63,032 nt of DNA, filler included, from Rhabdomonas costata (GCA_019059605.1; 38 parts of 38 records of this genome joined end to end with filler, not necessarily neighbours in it), one strand, 5' to 3'; shown: positions 27,280 to 39,800, numbered from the whole stretch's first letter. Numbers and translations are program-made. The notes: a model not told the origin generated them from the sequence alone.

Positions 27280-29300
27280 CTGCAAAGGGAAGGCCCCAGA
27301 CTCACGTCGACGAAACGATCATCCCACCCGCTTCGGTCACACCAGACAACTCCGTGACTTTAAATTCACTCGGAAAAAGCGGACACGTTTCTCACCCTTT
27401 TAGCGGAGAGGCTGTGGCGCTAGTACGAATGTGGGTTTGTGAACACGATTAAGGCCAATCCTTCACGGGTGCAACAACACCCCCCCTCCCGAGAGAACGT
27501 TCCCTTTACAGCCGCTGAACCGTGCGTTCAGAGGACAGTGTGTTTGCGTGTGTGTTTGTGTGTGTGTGTGTGTGGCAATTCTTACGCTTGCACGGTCGAA
27601 ACAGGTGCCGAGTGACCAATCGGCAATTCTTGCATTCCCAAAGGAGCGCACTTCATCCCTCCCCCAATCTGATGTGGATTCATCCCGACCCTCGAAGGCA
27701 AGTAGACCATTGCCCCCAAGAACAAACATAAAAGCACGAGCACGGACTCGACATCAAGACAAAAAGCACGCTGACAACGTACCCATGCACCTGGGTGCAA
27801 ACCCACACGCACAAGAAACGAGGAAATAATAGCGCGCTTAGGAGGCACAGGCACCCGGTCAGCGCCGTACGCCGCCATGGCCTGACCCAGGAAGCTGACA
27901 GACAGGGAGTGATGGAACTTGTCACCGAAGCAAACCTTGCCCAGCTCGTGGCTACCCTGGAGATTACGCCCCACCTGTAGCAGGGCCCGGCCTGAAATGA
28001 GCGGCACGTATAGTTCCAAGGGATTCTCAGCTTCTCACACAGTACTTCCCATTTGATCATTTCGCACTCGGAATTTGGAATGGCTGGAACTCTGCAGGGA
28101 GGGGGGTTTCCTTTCAAAAAATCTTGAAACTTTCAACTTCACCCAAAACCNNNNNNNNNNNNNNNNNNNNNNNNNNNNNNNNNNNNNNNNNNNNTTAATT
28201 AATTAANNNNNNNNNNNNNNNNNNNNNNNNNNNNNNNNNNNNNNNNNNNNGGGGTGGGGTCACCTTTTCCGAGCAGCCCCCTTCCGTCGACTTTTTTCTT
28301 CTTCGATTTTTCGGGTGATTTTTTCTCAAAAATGCTAATAAAATTCGTGTTTTTTTTGCTATAAACGAAGTTGACTTCGAGGCCTGCTCGGAAAAGGTGA
28401 CCCATCCCCCCATTTTCGGGTCTGGGAACACGACAAACACGGTTTGAAGCGTCGAATCAACTACTTTGACCCTCAAAAGGACGGTTTTTGCCCTTTTGTG
28501 TCCTACCTCGATGTACCTTGCAAGGGTCGAGAATGGCGTGTCCGGGGTGAAAAATTGACCCAACATCACGTTTTTGTGGTGGTGGGTGCCGAAAAACGTT
28601 TTTTTACGCGGAATCGAAGTTTTTTTGAGATTGTGGTGCGGGCTTTTGGGGGCCATTTTCATTGAAAGGCGGGCTTATTGGCCCAAGGCTCAAAAAGGAG
28701 TCAAAAATGAGGGAATTTCGACCCCCCAGGGCCACGTGAAGAATCCGTTCCCAAAAGAAAGCTGCAGGTGTTTTTTAGCGCCCCAAGCACGGATAATGGC
28801 GGGAAAGGCAGGAACCGGGGGGCCCCCCAGAGTATGTGTAAACCAAGAAGACTCAAGGGGTGAAAATATTGAACCCCGGAAATCAACCCAACAGGGGTCG
28901 AAAGTGGGGTCAAACTTTGATTTCCTCTGTAAAGGAAGGAAACCGGTTGGAGGGGTCCATGGATGGTGGATCACCCCCCGGAGTAGTTGTAAACCATGGG
29001 GGCGATAAGCCTTTGCCCCTCGTTACGGGACCCTTAAGGCTGCGCCTGGCGCTCAGAGCCCCTGTTTGTTGTTTCTGTTTATCAGTCTTGCGCGAGATGT
29101 GGCTTCAAGGATTCTCAACGGCATTTGTGTCTTTCGGTGCGGTTGATGGTTTGTGGGAAGTGGGAAGTGGGAAGTGAGAAGGGGGTGAAGTTCGATGAGT
29201 CTGTGTGCAGTGTGCTTGGTGCGCCCAGATGACATATTGGAGATGTGATTGTGCATGCATGTGGTGGGTGCCTGATGTGCGTGTGTGATGCTTGGCACAG

Positions 29301-29426
29301 AGACTATAATAGCTGGGATTCCCAAGCTTGGGGAGTGGCGCCGATTGCGGGACGTCCCGGCGGGGCAGATGGTGTGCAACGTGGAGTTCAACCAGGGCCA
29401 AGGGGGACGGCTGGCCCGGGCCGCAG
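29301..29426 (+). CDS. MRPL2: Bacterial-type (organellar, probably mitochondrial) ribosomal protein uL2 exon, nucleus-encoded
   Basis: GEWRRLRDVPAGQMVCNVEFNQGQGGRLARAAG matches uL2 GN.LPL..IP.G..VHNIE..PG.GG.LARSAG; flanked by cag and gt. Confidence 0.8.
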
Positions 29427-31176
29427 GTGTCAGCAGGGCTTCCCCTTCTTTTTCCCTCCCAGGCCCACCTTCAACCCTGCCTCCGTTTCGGGGAAACTAG
29501 AAGTGGGGTCATCGCTGCTCTTCCTCTTTTCAGTCCTTTCGATTTTTAAGCCGTTCTCTCACTCGGACAGCTGGCCTACTCCATGAACAAGAGCTCCTTT
29601 TTGCATGCCAATTGTTGGTTTCTCCGGGTGTGCTCTTGGCCTGTATTGTTGTGCGTGGATCCAATGAGGAAGGAGAGAGATCGCGCGTGCTTTCTCTGTC
29701 TGTGGTTATTCTTTTCTCGTTGTTTACCTGGTCTTTTCTCCGTGAAAAGACTCGAGCAGTGATGTTGTATGTGTACGTGCGAGCACTTATTTCAGTTGTC
29801 ACCTTGCCTTGNNNNNNNNNNNNNNNNNNNNNNNNNNNNNNNNNNNNNNNNNNNNTTAATTAATTAANNNNNNNNNNNNNNNNNNNNNNNNNNNNNNNNN
29901 NNNNNNNNNNNTTGAAGTTTCGTGGGTCCTAATGGATGGTCCAGTTGCTCACGATACCGAAGCCACACCACAATGGATCCAGAAAGACAAACCAAGCCAA
30001 TGCGGAAACTGGTAACCTTTAAGCCAGAGGAAGTACTCGGGTGTGTTTGGTGGCTAGGAATGCTCGTTATGATCTTGTGCTTGTGTGTCTATCTCTTTCT
30101 AAGTTTTGGTACAAGTTCTTTCTCTGATCGCTGTTCTGGGGGTTCTACCAGGTGGGCCTATATTCAGCCGACCTCGGGAACCTCAGCAAATCGTCGCTTC
30201 GGAAAAGGCCAGAGACCTACCATTGACCTCAGAACTCGAGCTAGAGTGACGGGTTGGGGCTTACATTTGGTGGGAAGAGTGATGGCCGCTTTCCGGCCTC
30301 GGACTCCGTCTGTACGCCGACATATGATATGGCCTCTTCAAAGTCCCATTTTGGCCCTTTTCAGGCCCTGCTCAAATCATTATGCGCGATTGATTCCTGC
30401 TAGCAATACCATACACCGCGGTTTATTTCTTTGCTTTTTTCTTCTTCTTTTCATAATATGGGAGGTTGTTCTCAAAACGGGCTTTGCTCAGTGTCTGTTT
30501 TTGTTTTTTTTCGGCGGCGGCGGGGGGGGGGGTTCTTCAATGCTCAGGCACGGCGGTTGGCCTCCTCGAAAAGACCCGATGGCGGCGAGTCACCACCTGC
30601 CGACACCTCAGTTTTCAACTAAAGAATCGGATGTGCATGTGTGCATGTGAATATTGATCTCTTCCGGGAGCATTGCACCCTGAGACTTGACTGCTTTCTT
30701 TGACGCGTTCTCCTCAAATACCGGCCTGTGATTTATGTGTGTGCTGTCCGAATTCGCGTCAATTTTTTTCCGGAACATACAGCTCTTAGAGTTCTTAAGA
30801 CGACTTTTGACTGAATTCATTTATTTTGGAAACATCTGTTAACACAGCATGTAGCACAACATCGGGCTGGGGCTTTGGTAAGAGAAAGGTGTTAGAGGGT
30901 TGCGCCCCTCCCCCTCCCCAGCTTAGCCGTCAAATTGTGTTTGCGCCACCTGATCACATGGGCCGAACCCGCGTTTCGGGCGACCAACTCGGGGTGACCC
31001 TAACCCAACCCAACCCAGCTACCCAAGAGCGCACACACTAATACTCTCCTGGATGCAAAAATGAGGTTGACATATGAACCTTCATCGCCCCCAGCACAAC
31101 CAGCGGCGCAACTTCAGGGGTGCAAGCACAACGTCAACAGGACAACACCAAAAGCAGCAAGCAATGCGCAACAGCA

Positions 31177-31207
<31 letters not shown>

Positions 31208-32049
31208 CATTTTTACCTCGAGCAGGCCAGGACAACCACAGTGGAGAGCGACACAACAGGGAGTTTAGAAAGAGAAGCAGATATCAAGCCTGAGTCTTAC
31301 GGTTTAATAACCGGGGAGACTAACTGAAGGAGTTAATGCACCTCCGGAGCCACCAGAACTGAAACAATCGTTACTCATGACAAAACGGAGATTACCCCCT
31401 CGGCGTTCCGTCACGCGGGGTAGGGCAGCCCACAGTCACCCTTGCACTGACGGCAACAGTCTGAACACACCAACNNNNNNNNNNNNNNNNNNNNNNNNNN
31501 NNNNNNNNNNNNNNNNNNTTAATTAATTAANNNNNNNNNNNNNNNNNNNNNNNNNNNNNNNNNNNNNNNNNNNNGGTTTGGGGGGTGGGGGGTGCGAGGC
31601 ACCAACGAAGCGATCTTAAAGAGGAAGAAAGAGCACAAAAGAAAACTTGGACCCGCCTTTCCACTGCGTAGTGCATGGTACACTGGCAAGACGTGCACAG
31701 GCAGAAGTTCTCGCGAGCACAGAACACAGTCCGAAGCTTTTTGCACACACCTAGGCCGTTTTGGGTGGTTGTTAAGTCCACCGCGATTCATTCATCTGAG
31801 GAATGCTTTCCAAATGGTCACAAAGAATCTGCCGAAATCTGCACACACAGACACACCACACACACCTCAAAAATGGAAATGCAGACCACCAAAGCAGGCA
31901 CAATGGTGGTCTGCCTTTGTGTCAGTGGCTGAGGCTGGTTTGATCGGAGGTACACAGAGGTGGCGCGGCACATTTCAGCAGACCCCTGGGACGCCGATCA
32001 CCAACAATTCTTGCCCAACGAGGCAACGCACCAGCAGAACTGACCAAAG

Positions 32050-32330
32050 ACTCATATATCTGGAAGATGGTGCGGACACTGAAGATGCATACTGGACCGA
32101 TTCCCTATGACATGGAGTTCTCGCAATCACACCACCCCAGGGAATTGGCAGATCAGGTCGCGAAAACATCAATCCGTGTCCCATGCTTTCAAAGTGACAG
32201 ACATTCAAAGTTAAGCCTAGTGACGCCCACACAATGTACAGACACACAAGCAAAAGGAAGAAGACCACCTTACGTAAAAAAAGGTTCTCCAAGAGAAGTC
32301 CGATACTCCGGCATCCAATTAACGTACACC
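32050..32330 (+). pseudogene. Possible decayed non-LTR retrotransposon reverse transcriptase
   Basis: LIYLED (YxDD-like), DMEFSQS and VRYSGIQL (RYLGI-like) occur in the expected order and approximate spacing, across frameshifts. Confidence 0.35.
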
Positions 32331-33239
32331 ACGGCATATAAACTGTTAGAGACAGAACCCGCAACCCGGAGAAGCAGAGCGGAAGCTAGCTGGACGCGTC
32401 TCGCCGGGGTTTGGTACCACTGGGGAGGAGCTGTCCGGGGAGATGTCCCCCCGGCAACTTCGCAAAAGGTCTTCCAGGAGCCGCCTCCGACGGCTGAGGC
32501 CACCCCCACGCCGAGAAGCACTGTGATATCGACACAAAAACGACAAGAGAATTTCAGCACAAGTCCTCTTGGCGTGATTCATGAGAGTGCCACATCACCA
32601 GCGCCTACAAACAGGCATCAGGGTTCATTGCACGGATGTGGTTCGTTAACGGTTGTGTTACAGAAAGAGAGAAACAGAGATGAATGTATACCCCGTAAAC
32701 GCTACTCGCGGCACTGAAGTGAATAATGAATAATGCCACAACTGAGCGGTCACCACCGTTAAGCATGCTCACCATTGGTATTCACAGAGGATATGTGCGC
32801 CTTCGACAACGTGGAGAAGGCACCTGGTCGGTCGCTTTGGGACGGGAGCAGACGGAAGGGCCGAAGTTGCCGGCTTCTCGGGCTCCACATGGGGCAGCTC
32901 CATTCCTGAGCCCAGGAAAAGAAGCCAACCATTGCGTTCGTGTGTGTGTGTGTGTGTGTGTGTTGGGCGCATTGCGCGCTGGCTGTTGCCTGGTTGACTG
33001 GTTGACTGGTTGGTGGTGACCACTGGGGACTGACTGGCGCACGCGCTGTTGGCCACGGGTGCTCGCGAGAGGTGCCGTTGGAGCGAACGGTGCCGTGGGG
33101 AACCGAAATCGGCTCACCACCGAACGTTCCACATTTGGTNNNNNNNNNNNNNNNNNNNNNNNNNNNNNNNNNNNNNNNNNNNNTTAATTAATTAANNNNN
33201 NNNNNNNNNNNNNNNNNNNNNNNNNNNNNNNNNNNNNNN

Positions 33240-34726
33240 GTCCTCGTCTTCGTCCGCCGCGGCATCTCCCGTGTTGGGGTCGCAGTGCCGGTGGCTGCGC
33301 TCCACGTTGGCCACGTGTGGGCTGTGCCCCGTGCCGCCCCCCCTGCCCAGGCTGCTGACCCTGTCCCCGCTGTGGGCGCAGAAGAACCGCCGAAGGTCCC
33401 GAACTGGATGCAGGGGGATGGGCGGAGGGGCAGCTGTGGATGAACTGATGTTAAGGTCATCGGTTTGGTCTCCAACTGGATGCTCCAAAGCGCCTGCCCT
33501 TCTTCGCTACAGTGTGTGCACGGGCTTTGCAGTTGGGTGACCACTGAGGTACTGGATGCGTCCGGTTTGTACCTGGAGTGTTTGTCCCTGCTTTTGGTAT
33601 AGTGTCTGCTTCAAAAAGTTACTTCGGATACTTTTTTCAAAAGCAACTTCGCGAAGAAATAGACGACCCATAAGCCCACAATGATGAGACGCAAGTTCAC
33701 ATCGGTTGTAAAGGTGCTAGTAAACTGAGGATGCTGGTTTTCTTTGTGTGACGGGTTTCAGAGAAGCACTCGGATACGCACAATGCGATGCTGGACAGCC
33801 GTTTGAAAGGTTCCTCATTGTCCAGAGCTTCCAAACAGCCACAGCGTCATACGCTATCCATCTCGTGCGGGTTGCGGTGGTCGGATTTTTTTCTTTTTTC
33901 AGTTTTCCGAGAAACGTCGTCCGGAACCAGAAATACAACGTGATCACCTTTCTGCCCAAGGTGCTGTACGAACAGTTCCGATTCTTCTTCAACTTGTACT
34001 TCCTGCTGATCGCCCTGAGTCAGTTTGTCGATGCTCTGAAGGTTGCTTGGTGATCAGGGGCTTTTTTGTATCTAGTGTGTATCTGTATTGGAGGCCTCGT
34101 TGACAGGGGTTTCAGTCTTGGGTACGCGCTTTTTTGCAGAGCCCTTAACTTGCATTTTCGCAAGTGACGTGCATTCATTTGCATTTACTCACAGCTCTAT
34201 TTTCTGCACTTGGTCGCCAGTATAACAATTGCAAGTGTAAACCGTGGGATGGATGTCATAGTGTACTCGTTCATTCACAAGTTGCCCGCTCTCAGGAGCT
34301 GTCGGAGAAATTGCTGTTGCGTCGTTTTTCCGTTTTGAAGCTGAGGGGTGTCAAAAGTTTCAACATTGGCTGCATCATTTGCCCGCAGACGAGTAGAATA
34401 AGCTGTTTGTTTTTTGATGTGGGGCGGGAACCTTGCTTGCGGCGCAACCGCGGTGTGCGGCGCTGTGCGTCACGCTCGACCTGGGCGCATGTGTCATTTT
34501 TTTCACTCAACAATGCAACAATGCCAATCCATTAATCCGTCCGAAAAAGCCTCCCCCGAACATAAACAATGCAACGGGTCTCTGCGAAAGCCTTGGGGGG
34601 AATGTCTTTCCGCTCGCCGGCACTTCGCTCTCTTGCGTGTGCTGCGCTGCGCCAAAGGTGGGATTCCTGTTCACTTATGTCGCGCCATTGATCTTCGTGC
34701 TGTCGGTGACGATCATCAAGGAGCTG
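33240..34726 (+). CDS. ATP9: P4-ATPase phospholipid flippase, ATP9/NEO1 subfamily, N-terminal part; exons 33240-33395, 33903-34041, 34658-34726
   Basis: [68 protein letters not shown] is characteristic of ATP9/NEO1; exon phases are compatible. Confidence 0.92.
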
Positions 34727-34900
34727 GTGTGTGGATGTAAGTATTTTGTGTGTGTCTTGTGGTGGCCGCGGATTGGAATTCGCCATCATCAACAACACAA
34801 NNNNNNNNNNNNNNNNNNNNNNNNNNNNNNNNNNNNNNNNNNNNTTAATTAATTAANNNNNNNNNNNNNNNNNNNNNNNNNNNNNNNNNNNNNNNNNNNN

Positions 34901-36458
34901 TGCTTGTGCTATGCTTCCTGTGTCTGCTTCTTGTGTTAGGGTTCCTGCTGCTGGTGTGAGGGAGTTGGTGGAGTGTGAGGGTCTGAGGTCTGAGGTGAAG
35001 GGTGTGTTGGTGTCTCGATGTCAAGCTGAGTCATGCCATGTGTTAGTGTGTAAGGGTTCACGTGTTCCTGTTCTTGATGCGTAGGGTGGATCGGAGGGTG
35101 TCGTGTGTTTCTGTCTCGTAGGGTGGTTGCTGCTGGTGTGTTTTCTCGAAGGGTGTTGTCATGGCTTCCTGTTGGTGTCGATGTTGGAAGGTGTGGGGAT
35201 TTACGACGTGTGGAATTCTGGGACGTGGATTTCTGAGGTCATGGTTGTTGGAGGATGTGAGGATGTGTGTCATGGCTGTACTCTGCTGTCATGTTGTGAG
35301 GATGTAGGGGTCTTGAGTTCTGAGGGTGTCGGGGATTTCAGGATGCGTGGGATTTACGTCTCAAGGTGAAGGGGTGTTACGGGCAATGTCAAGCTGAGTC
35401 ACCTGCTTCTTGTTTCAGAGGGTGTCTTGGGTTCCTGAGGCCTTCTTGAGTTGAGGGGTTTCAGGACGTAGGGGCATCTTGAGTTCCTACCTGCGGTGCT
35501 GATGCCTTCTACCACGGCAAGACCGCGATGCACTCTTGCCTTCGTGATGCCCTCCGATACCCTAGTGATGGAATACCCGATGCATTCTAAGGGTAAGGGC
35601 ATTCCTACCGCAGGTGCCTTGACTACTCCGGCATGCCCGTACCGACCATGCCTACGTGATGCCTAAACCCAACAGAGGCAGAAACCCGATGCCTTTCTGT
35701 TCCTCGACTTGGGGACACTTACCCTTCCATCCTCTACTACGCATGGCTCCCTCGCTGCGCTCAGACCCATGCTTCGTTCCTTCAATGCATTCTACCCTCT
35801 ATGCATGTAGGGGGTATTCTTACCTCTTAGCATCCTAGGGGCATTCCTACCGCAGGTGCCTTCTACTTCTACTCCTGCTCGGTCATGCCTTCGTGCCTCA
35901 GACATGCCCTCGACCTACAGATGGAATAGCCGATGCATTCCCATCCTTGACTTGGGAGCACTCTATTACGGCATGACCCACTGCGTGACTCATGCCTTCA
36001 TGCTGCTAAGGGTGATGCTAGGGGAGTAAAGATGGCCTGGGGGTATTTTGTGTTCTTTGCCGGTCGTGAGATCCCTTCACTACGTTCCGGTCTCTCACTC
36101 CCTATGAATGATGGCTCAGTCACTCCACCGCGATGCGGCTCCGTTCCTTCGCTAATACAGAAAATAGTCATGATGTCGGTCGCTACGCTCCCTCCTATTA
36201 CATGTCGGTGTCGCTGCGCTCCACCACCTATCCCCACTCCCTGCCGGTCGTGGGGCCCCGGGTTGATGCAGGTCGTATACTCCACTGCGTGTCGTATACT
36301 CCCTAAATGTGATGGGTCGGTCTACTCCCCACCCTTAGGTGGTACGTAGACCTCGGGGATACAAGTGGAGTATACTGCTGGTCGCATCTCGTGATACTCG
36401 ATGCTCCCGAGATGCAGATGTTCGCTCCCCGGCATAAGCCGGTACGCTCACCAAAACC
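34901..36458. other. Non-coding contig rich in repeats and hairpins, unlike the nuclear contigs (candidate replicon origin or control region)
   Basis: Strong G/T bias in the first ~550 bp, dispersed 16-24 bp direct repeats, about 9 hairpins with shared architecture, and no exon-like segments. Confidence 0.6.
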
Positions 36459-36558
36459 NNNNNNNNNNNNNNNNNNNNNNNNNNNNNNNNNNNNNNNNNN
36501 NNTTAATTAATTAANNNNNNNNNNNNNNNNNNNNNNNNNNNNNNNNNNNNNNNNNNNN

Positions 36559-36861
36559 CTGGTCTTTGTGACCTGCCTGCTGAGCTTCACTATCAACGGC
36601 CCCACGGGGGCGGCGACCTGCGCCGTGGTGCGGCCCGAGCTGCATCCCGCGGCCTTCGCCCTGAACATCCTAATCATCCACGCCCTGGGCGATGCCATAG
36701 CACCGCCCCTGCTGGGCGCCATCTCAGACTCTCTTGGGGGGAACATGGACGCCTCCCATGCCACGGCGATGGTGGCGCTGGAGGTCAGCGCAGGGATCTT
36801 TTTTCTGGGCACAAAGTTCTACCGCGCAGACGCTCTCCGGGTGAGCTCGAACAAGCTGTAG
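36559..36861 (+). CDS. MFS transporter (Spinster-like), C-terminal exon
   Basis: VVRPELHPAAFALNILIIHALGDAIAPPLLGAISD matches Spinster-family TM10-11 (HLLGDAGSPYLIG.ISD); ends in TAG. Confidence 0.8.
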   Translation: MVFVTCLLSFTINGPTGAATCAVVRPELHPAAFALNILIIHALGDAIAPPLLGAISDSLGGNMDASHATAMVALEVSAGIFFLGTKFYRADALRVSSNKL

Positions 36862-39800
36862 GCGATTGGGTAGGAGTCTCACCCCCACCTCTATTGCGGC
36901 ATCAGCTGGGAAGAGATTTTCTTCACACTGCTCGTTATTCACGAGCGGCTTTACGCCAGAACCTGTACTTATTTTACTCGCTCGAATTAGTACTTCTACA
37001 CGAGAGTGATGTGGCAGGCAAGATTCGCCTGGTTCACTTTATTTTCACTTTTTTGGAACGGGATCTGCACAGTCCGCCCTTGCTCTCAACCGCGAAGCAG
37101 ATGCTCCGACTCAGCGCATTCGTTTGCATTGGCTTCCTTGCACGCGTGATAGAGCGGGTCAGCAGCAACTCTTACGCATCTGTGCGGCCGTTGCCAAATG
37201 TGGCCCTGAGGCAAGGTGACATCGGTGGGAATGAAAGAAATGCCTCGTTCTGGTGGAAGAGGTATTATCAACAACAACAACAATATGCAACAAAATGTGG
37301 TTAGAAGTTTTTCCTCGACTGTTGCCATTCTTTCGTGCAGGAATGTACTGTTTTGTTTCATGTGAGATTATGTCCGGAGGCTTCTGAAGGAGTCCGCGCA
37401 TCTGGCGTCTCACCGTGAAGCGGTGTGCCCAAATCTCTCCTCCCCAAATGTGCTGCTTCCCCAAGTGTTTTTGCCTGAACCCTGTGTATTCGTGGTAATC
37501 CCTCATCATAAATTTTTGAGCATTAAGCAAGGGAGCTTAGAGGTTAAGAGCTGAAGTTAAGAGCCGTTAAGAACTGTGTGGAGCCAGCGTCACTTGGCGT
37601 CTCAAGAATCCGCACCAGGTTGAAAGCGCCAGGTTGGAGCAAGGCGGGATACTGGTTGAAAATTTCAGACTTGAACAGTGGATCAATCGTGTGCATGGGC
37701 TTGCCAACTTTGCGAAGACGGGAAGTGGTACGTTGTAAGCCTTGGGAATGGTCGTCTGAGCCGCCTTGACCCTGGACCTTGGCGTGAACCGAAGATTTCA
37801 ATGGTTCCCATGCACCGTGTATTTTCAGTCGAAATCGTGCACATAGTTCCACGGCTGCTGGCTTTCTCGCTGCCCCCGTCGCTGCCTGCTGCGCTTCAAC
37901 TGGTACTTTTTTGAGGGGCATTTTCGCGTTGGGTGTTTTCTGCGCGCAGGATTTTGTGCAGTGGGAGCAGGGGTTTCGGCTGATCGGCCGCCGGGCAGCC
38001 GCCGCGGGCAGCCCCAATGGGGGCGACAACCGGGCCCCCACCCCCGAGTTCTGCGAAAGCATTCCGGAGGAGTTGCCCCTGGTCAGCCTTCACCGAAAGG
38101 TACGGGGCGGGGCGGTGCCNNNNNNNNNNNNNNNNNNNNNNNNNNNNNNNNNNNNNNNNNNNNTTAATTAATTAANNNNNNNNNNNNNNNNNNNNNNNNN
38201 NNNNNNNNNNNNNNNNNNNGGGGGTGGGGGGTCGGGTTTGAGCCTCGCACACCCTCGTGAACCACATGACCCCCAAGGAGGCCGGACCAGGGGGCGGGGT
38301 GAGCTGTCTGATGTTCTGGGCCTGCGAAAACGGCAAAGACTCATTCCACTGCGACAGCCTCGGAAACCCGACACCCTTTTTTAAATCGGCTTGACACACC
38401 AGTGCTCCGAAAACCTAACACACAGACCCACGCAGTTTGAAAGAAAGAAGTCCCAGTGGGCGGGCAGGCAGAATTCCAACCTAACGAACTCTGCCACAGG
38501 CGGAGAATCTGTGAGAGGATTGCTTGCGGTGTAGTCCATATCGCTGTGCGAGAAGTACTTGCCATGGGAGGCTCCGATGAGTGTCCCGGAAGGGGTACGG
38601 AAGTTGGCAAAGAGCCGCTCCTTGGAATCCGAAAGCAGCCCCTTCAGAAAGCTGCTGACAGTGTGCACCGAGGTGTAAACCAAAAGGCGATGGGCGGCAA
38701 GCATGTCCAAGGTGGGAATGCCGTAGTCCAGGATTATCTCTGGTGTCCCGGCGAAGGGGTCGAAGTACTGTTTTTGTAAGCAACAAACTTTGAACTTTGA
38801 ACTTTGAACTCGAGACGTGAAGCCTGAACTTTAACAGGGCTCAAACTCGAATTAAATCCCAAAAAAAATTTGGAAGGTTCACATCGATTCAGCGTTCTTT
38901 CCACTGCAAACGTCGCTCCCGGGCTGCGTTAAGCGGGGGGGTCACCTTTATGCCCTCCAACATAAGAACGGCGACCAAATGTGAACACAATCTTCCTGTT
39001 TTTTGTGCACAAGCAGGAAATCAGCATATAAGAGAAAACAGTTTGAGGTGAGGGGCTCAAGGGTAAAAACCCAATTAAGCCCGAAAAACCAAAAGACCCA
39101 CAGTTTGTTTCAGGGAACAGGCTGGGAGTGGAAGTACTGTTTTTGTAAGCAAAAAGATTTGGAAGGTTCATCCACTACATACATACCTCCTACATACATA
39201 CATACCTCCAAGGGGTACTACAACCTCCCTATAATTGTTGAACACAAAACACGGGAAATTTCACATTTTTTTAGACGGATTTCAATTTTATGTGAATGAA
39301 TTACATGTGAATATGCGAATTTCACAGAAACGGCAACTATTGCTGTTTGCGACCCTTATTTTTGTGCTTCAATATAGTGGAAGGGTTTTGCACCGCGCCA
39401 AATCGGAGAAAACAGTGTACGTCACTCTCGCGTGGTTGTTGCAGTCCTTACTGCGACTTGAAAAACACCAGAGTATTGGATTTTTTTGTGGATTGTCCGT
39501 GAAAAGGTTCAAATTTTCGAGAAATTAAATAAGAAAAAAATGCTATTCATATCGGAATTGTTTCTTTGAAATCTCTCTCTGAAAATTACCACAAGAACTA
39601 TAACCAAACTCTTCGCGTCCGAAGGCAGTGCGCAACACTGTGGCAAGGGCCTGAATTTCATGGGCAATTCATAGTGCATCTGAATGGTACAACGGGTAAA
39701 AAAGCTAAAGTGTGCACGTTCGGTAAAGCAGGCGAGGTGAGGTGAGAAGAAGAAAAAGAGAACACGGGAGACAAAACCCCNNNNNNNNNNNNNNNNNNNN

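Noticed and set aside
30998-31018. CCCTAACCCAACCCAACCC telomere-like run
   Set aside because: Only one true CCCTAA unit and it is internal; a simple repeat.
33681-33728. Box C (ATGATGA) ... box D (CTGA) in an ATP9 intron, possible snoRNA
   Set aside because: Only 48 nt, with no clear C'/D' boxes, terminal stem or recognisable rRNA guide; such a match is expected by chance.
34959-34972. GGAGTTGGTGGA resembling the kinetoplast minicircle CSB-3 (GGGGTTGGTGTA)
   Set aside because: Two mismatches in 12 nt within a G/T-rich region, and no CSB-1 or CSB-2.
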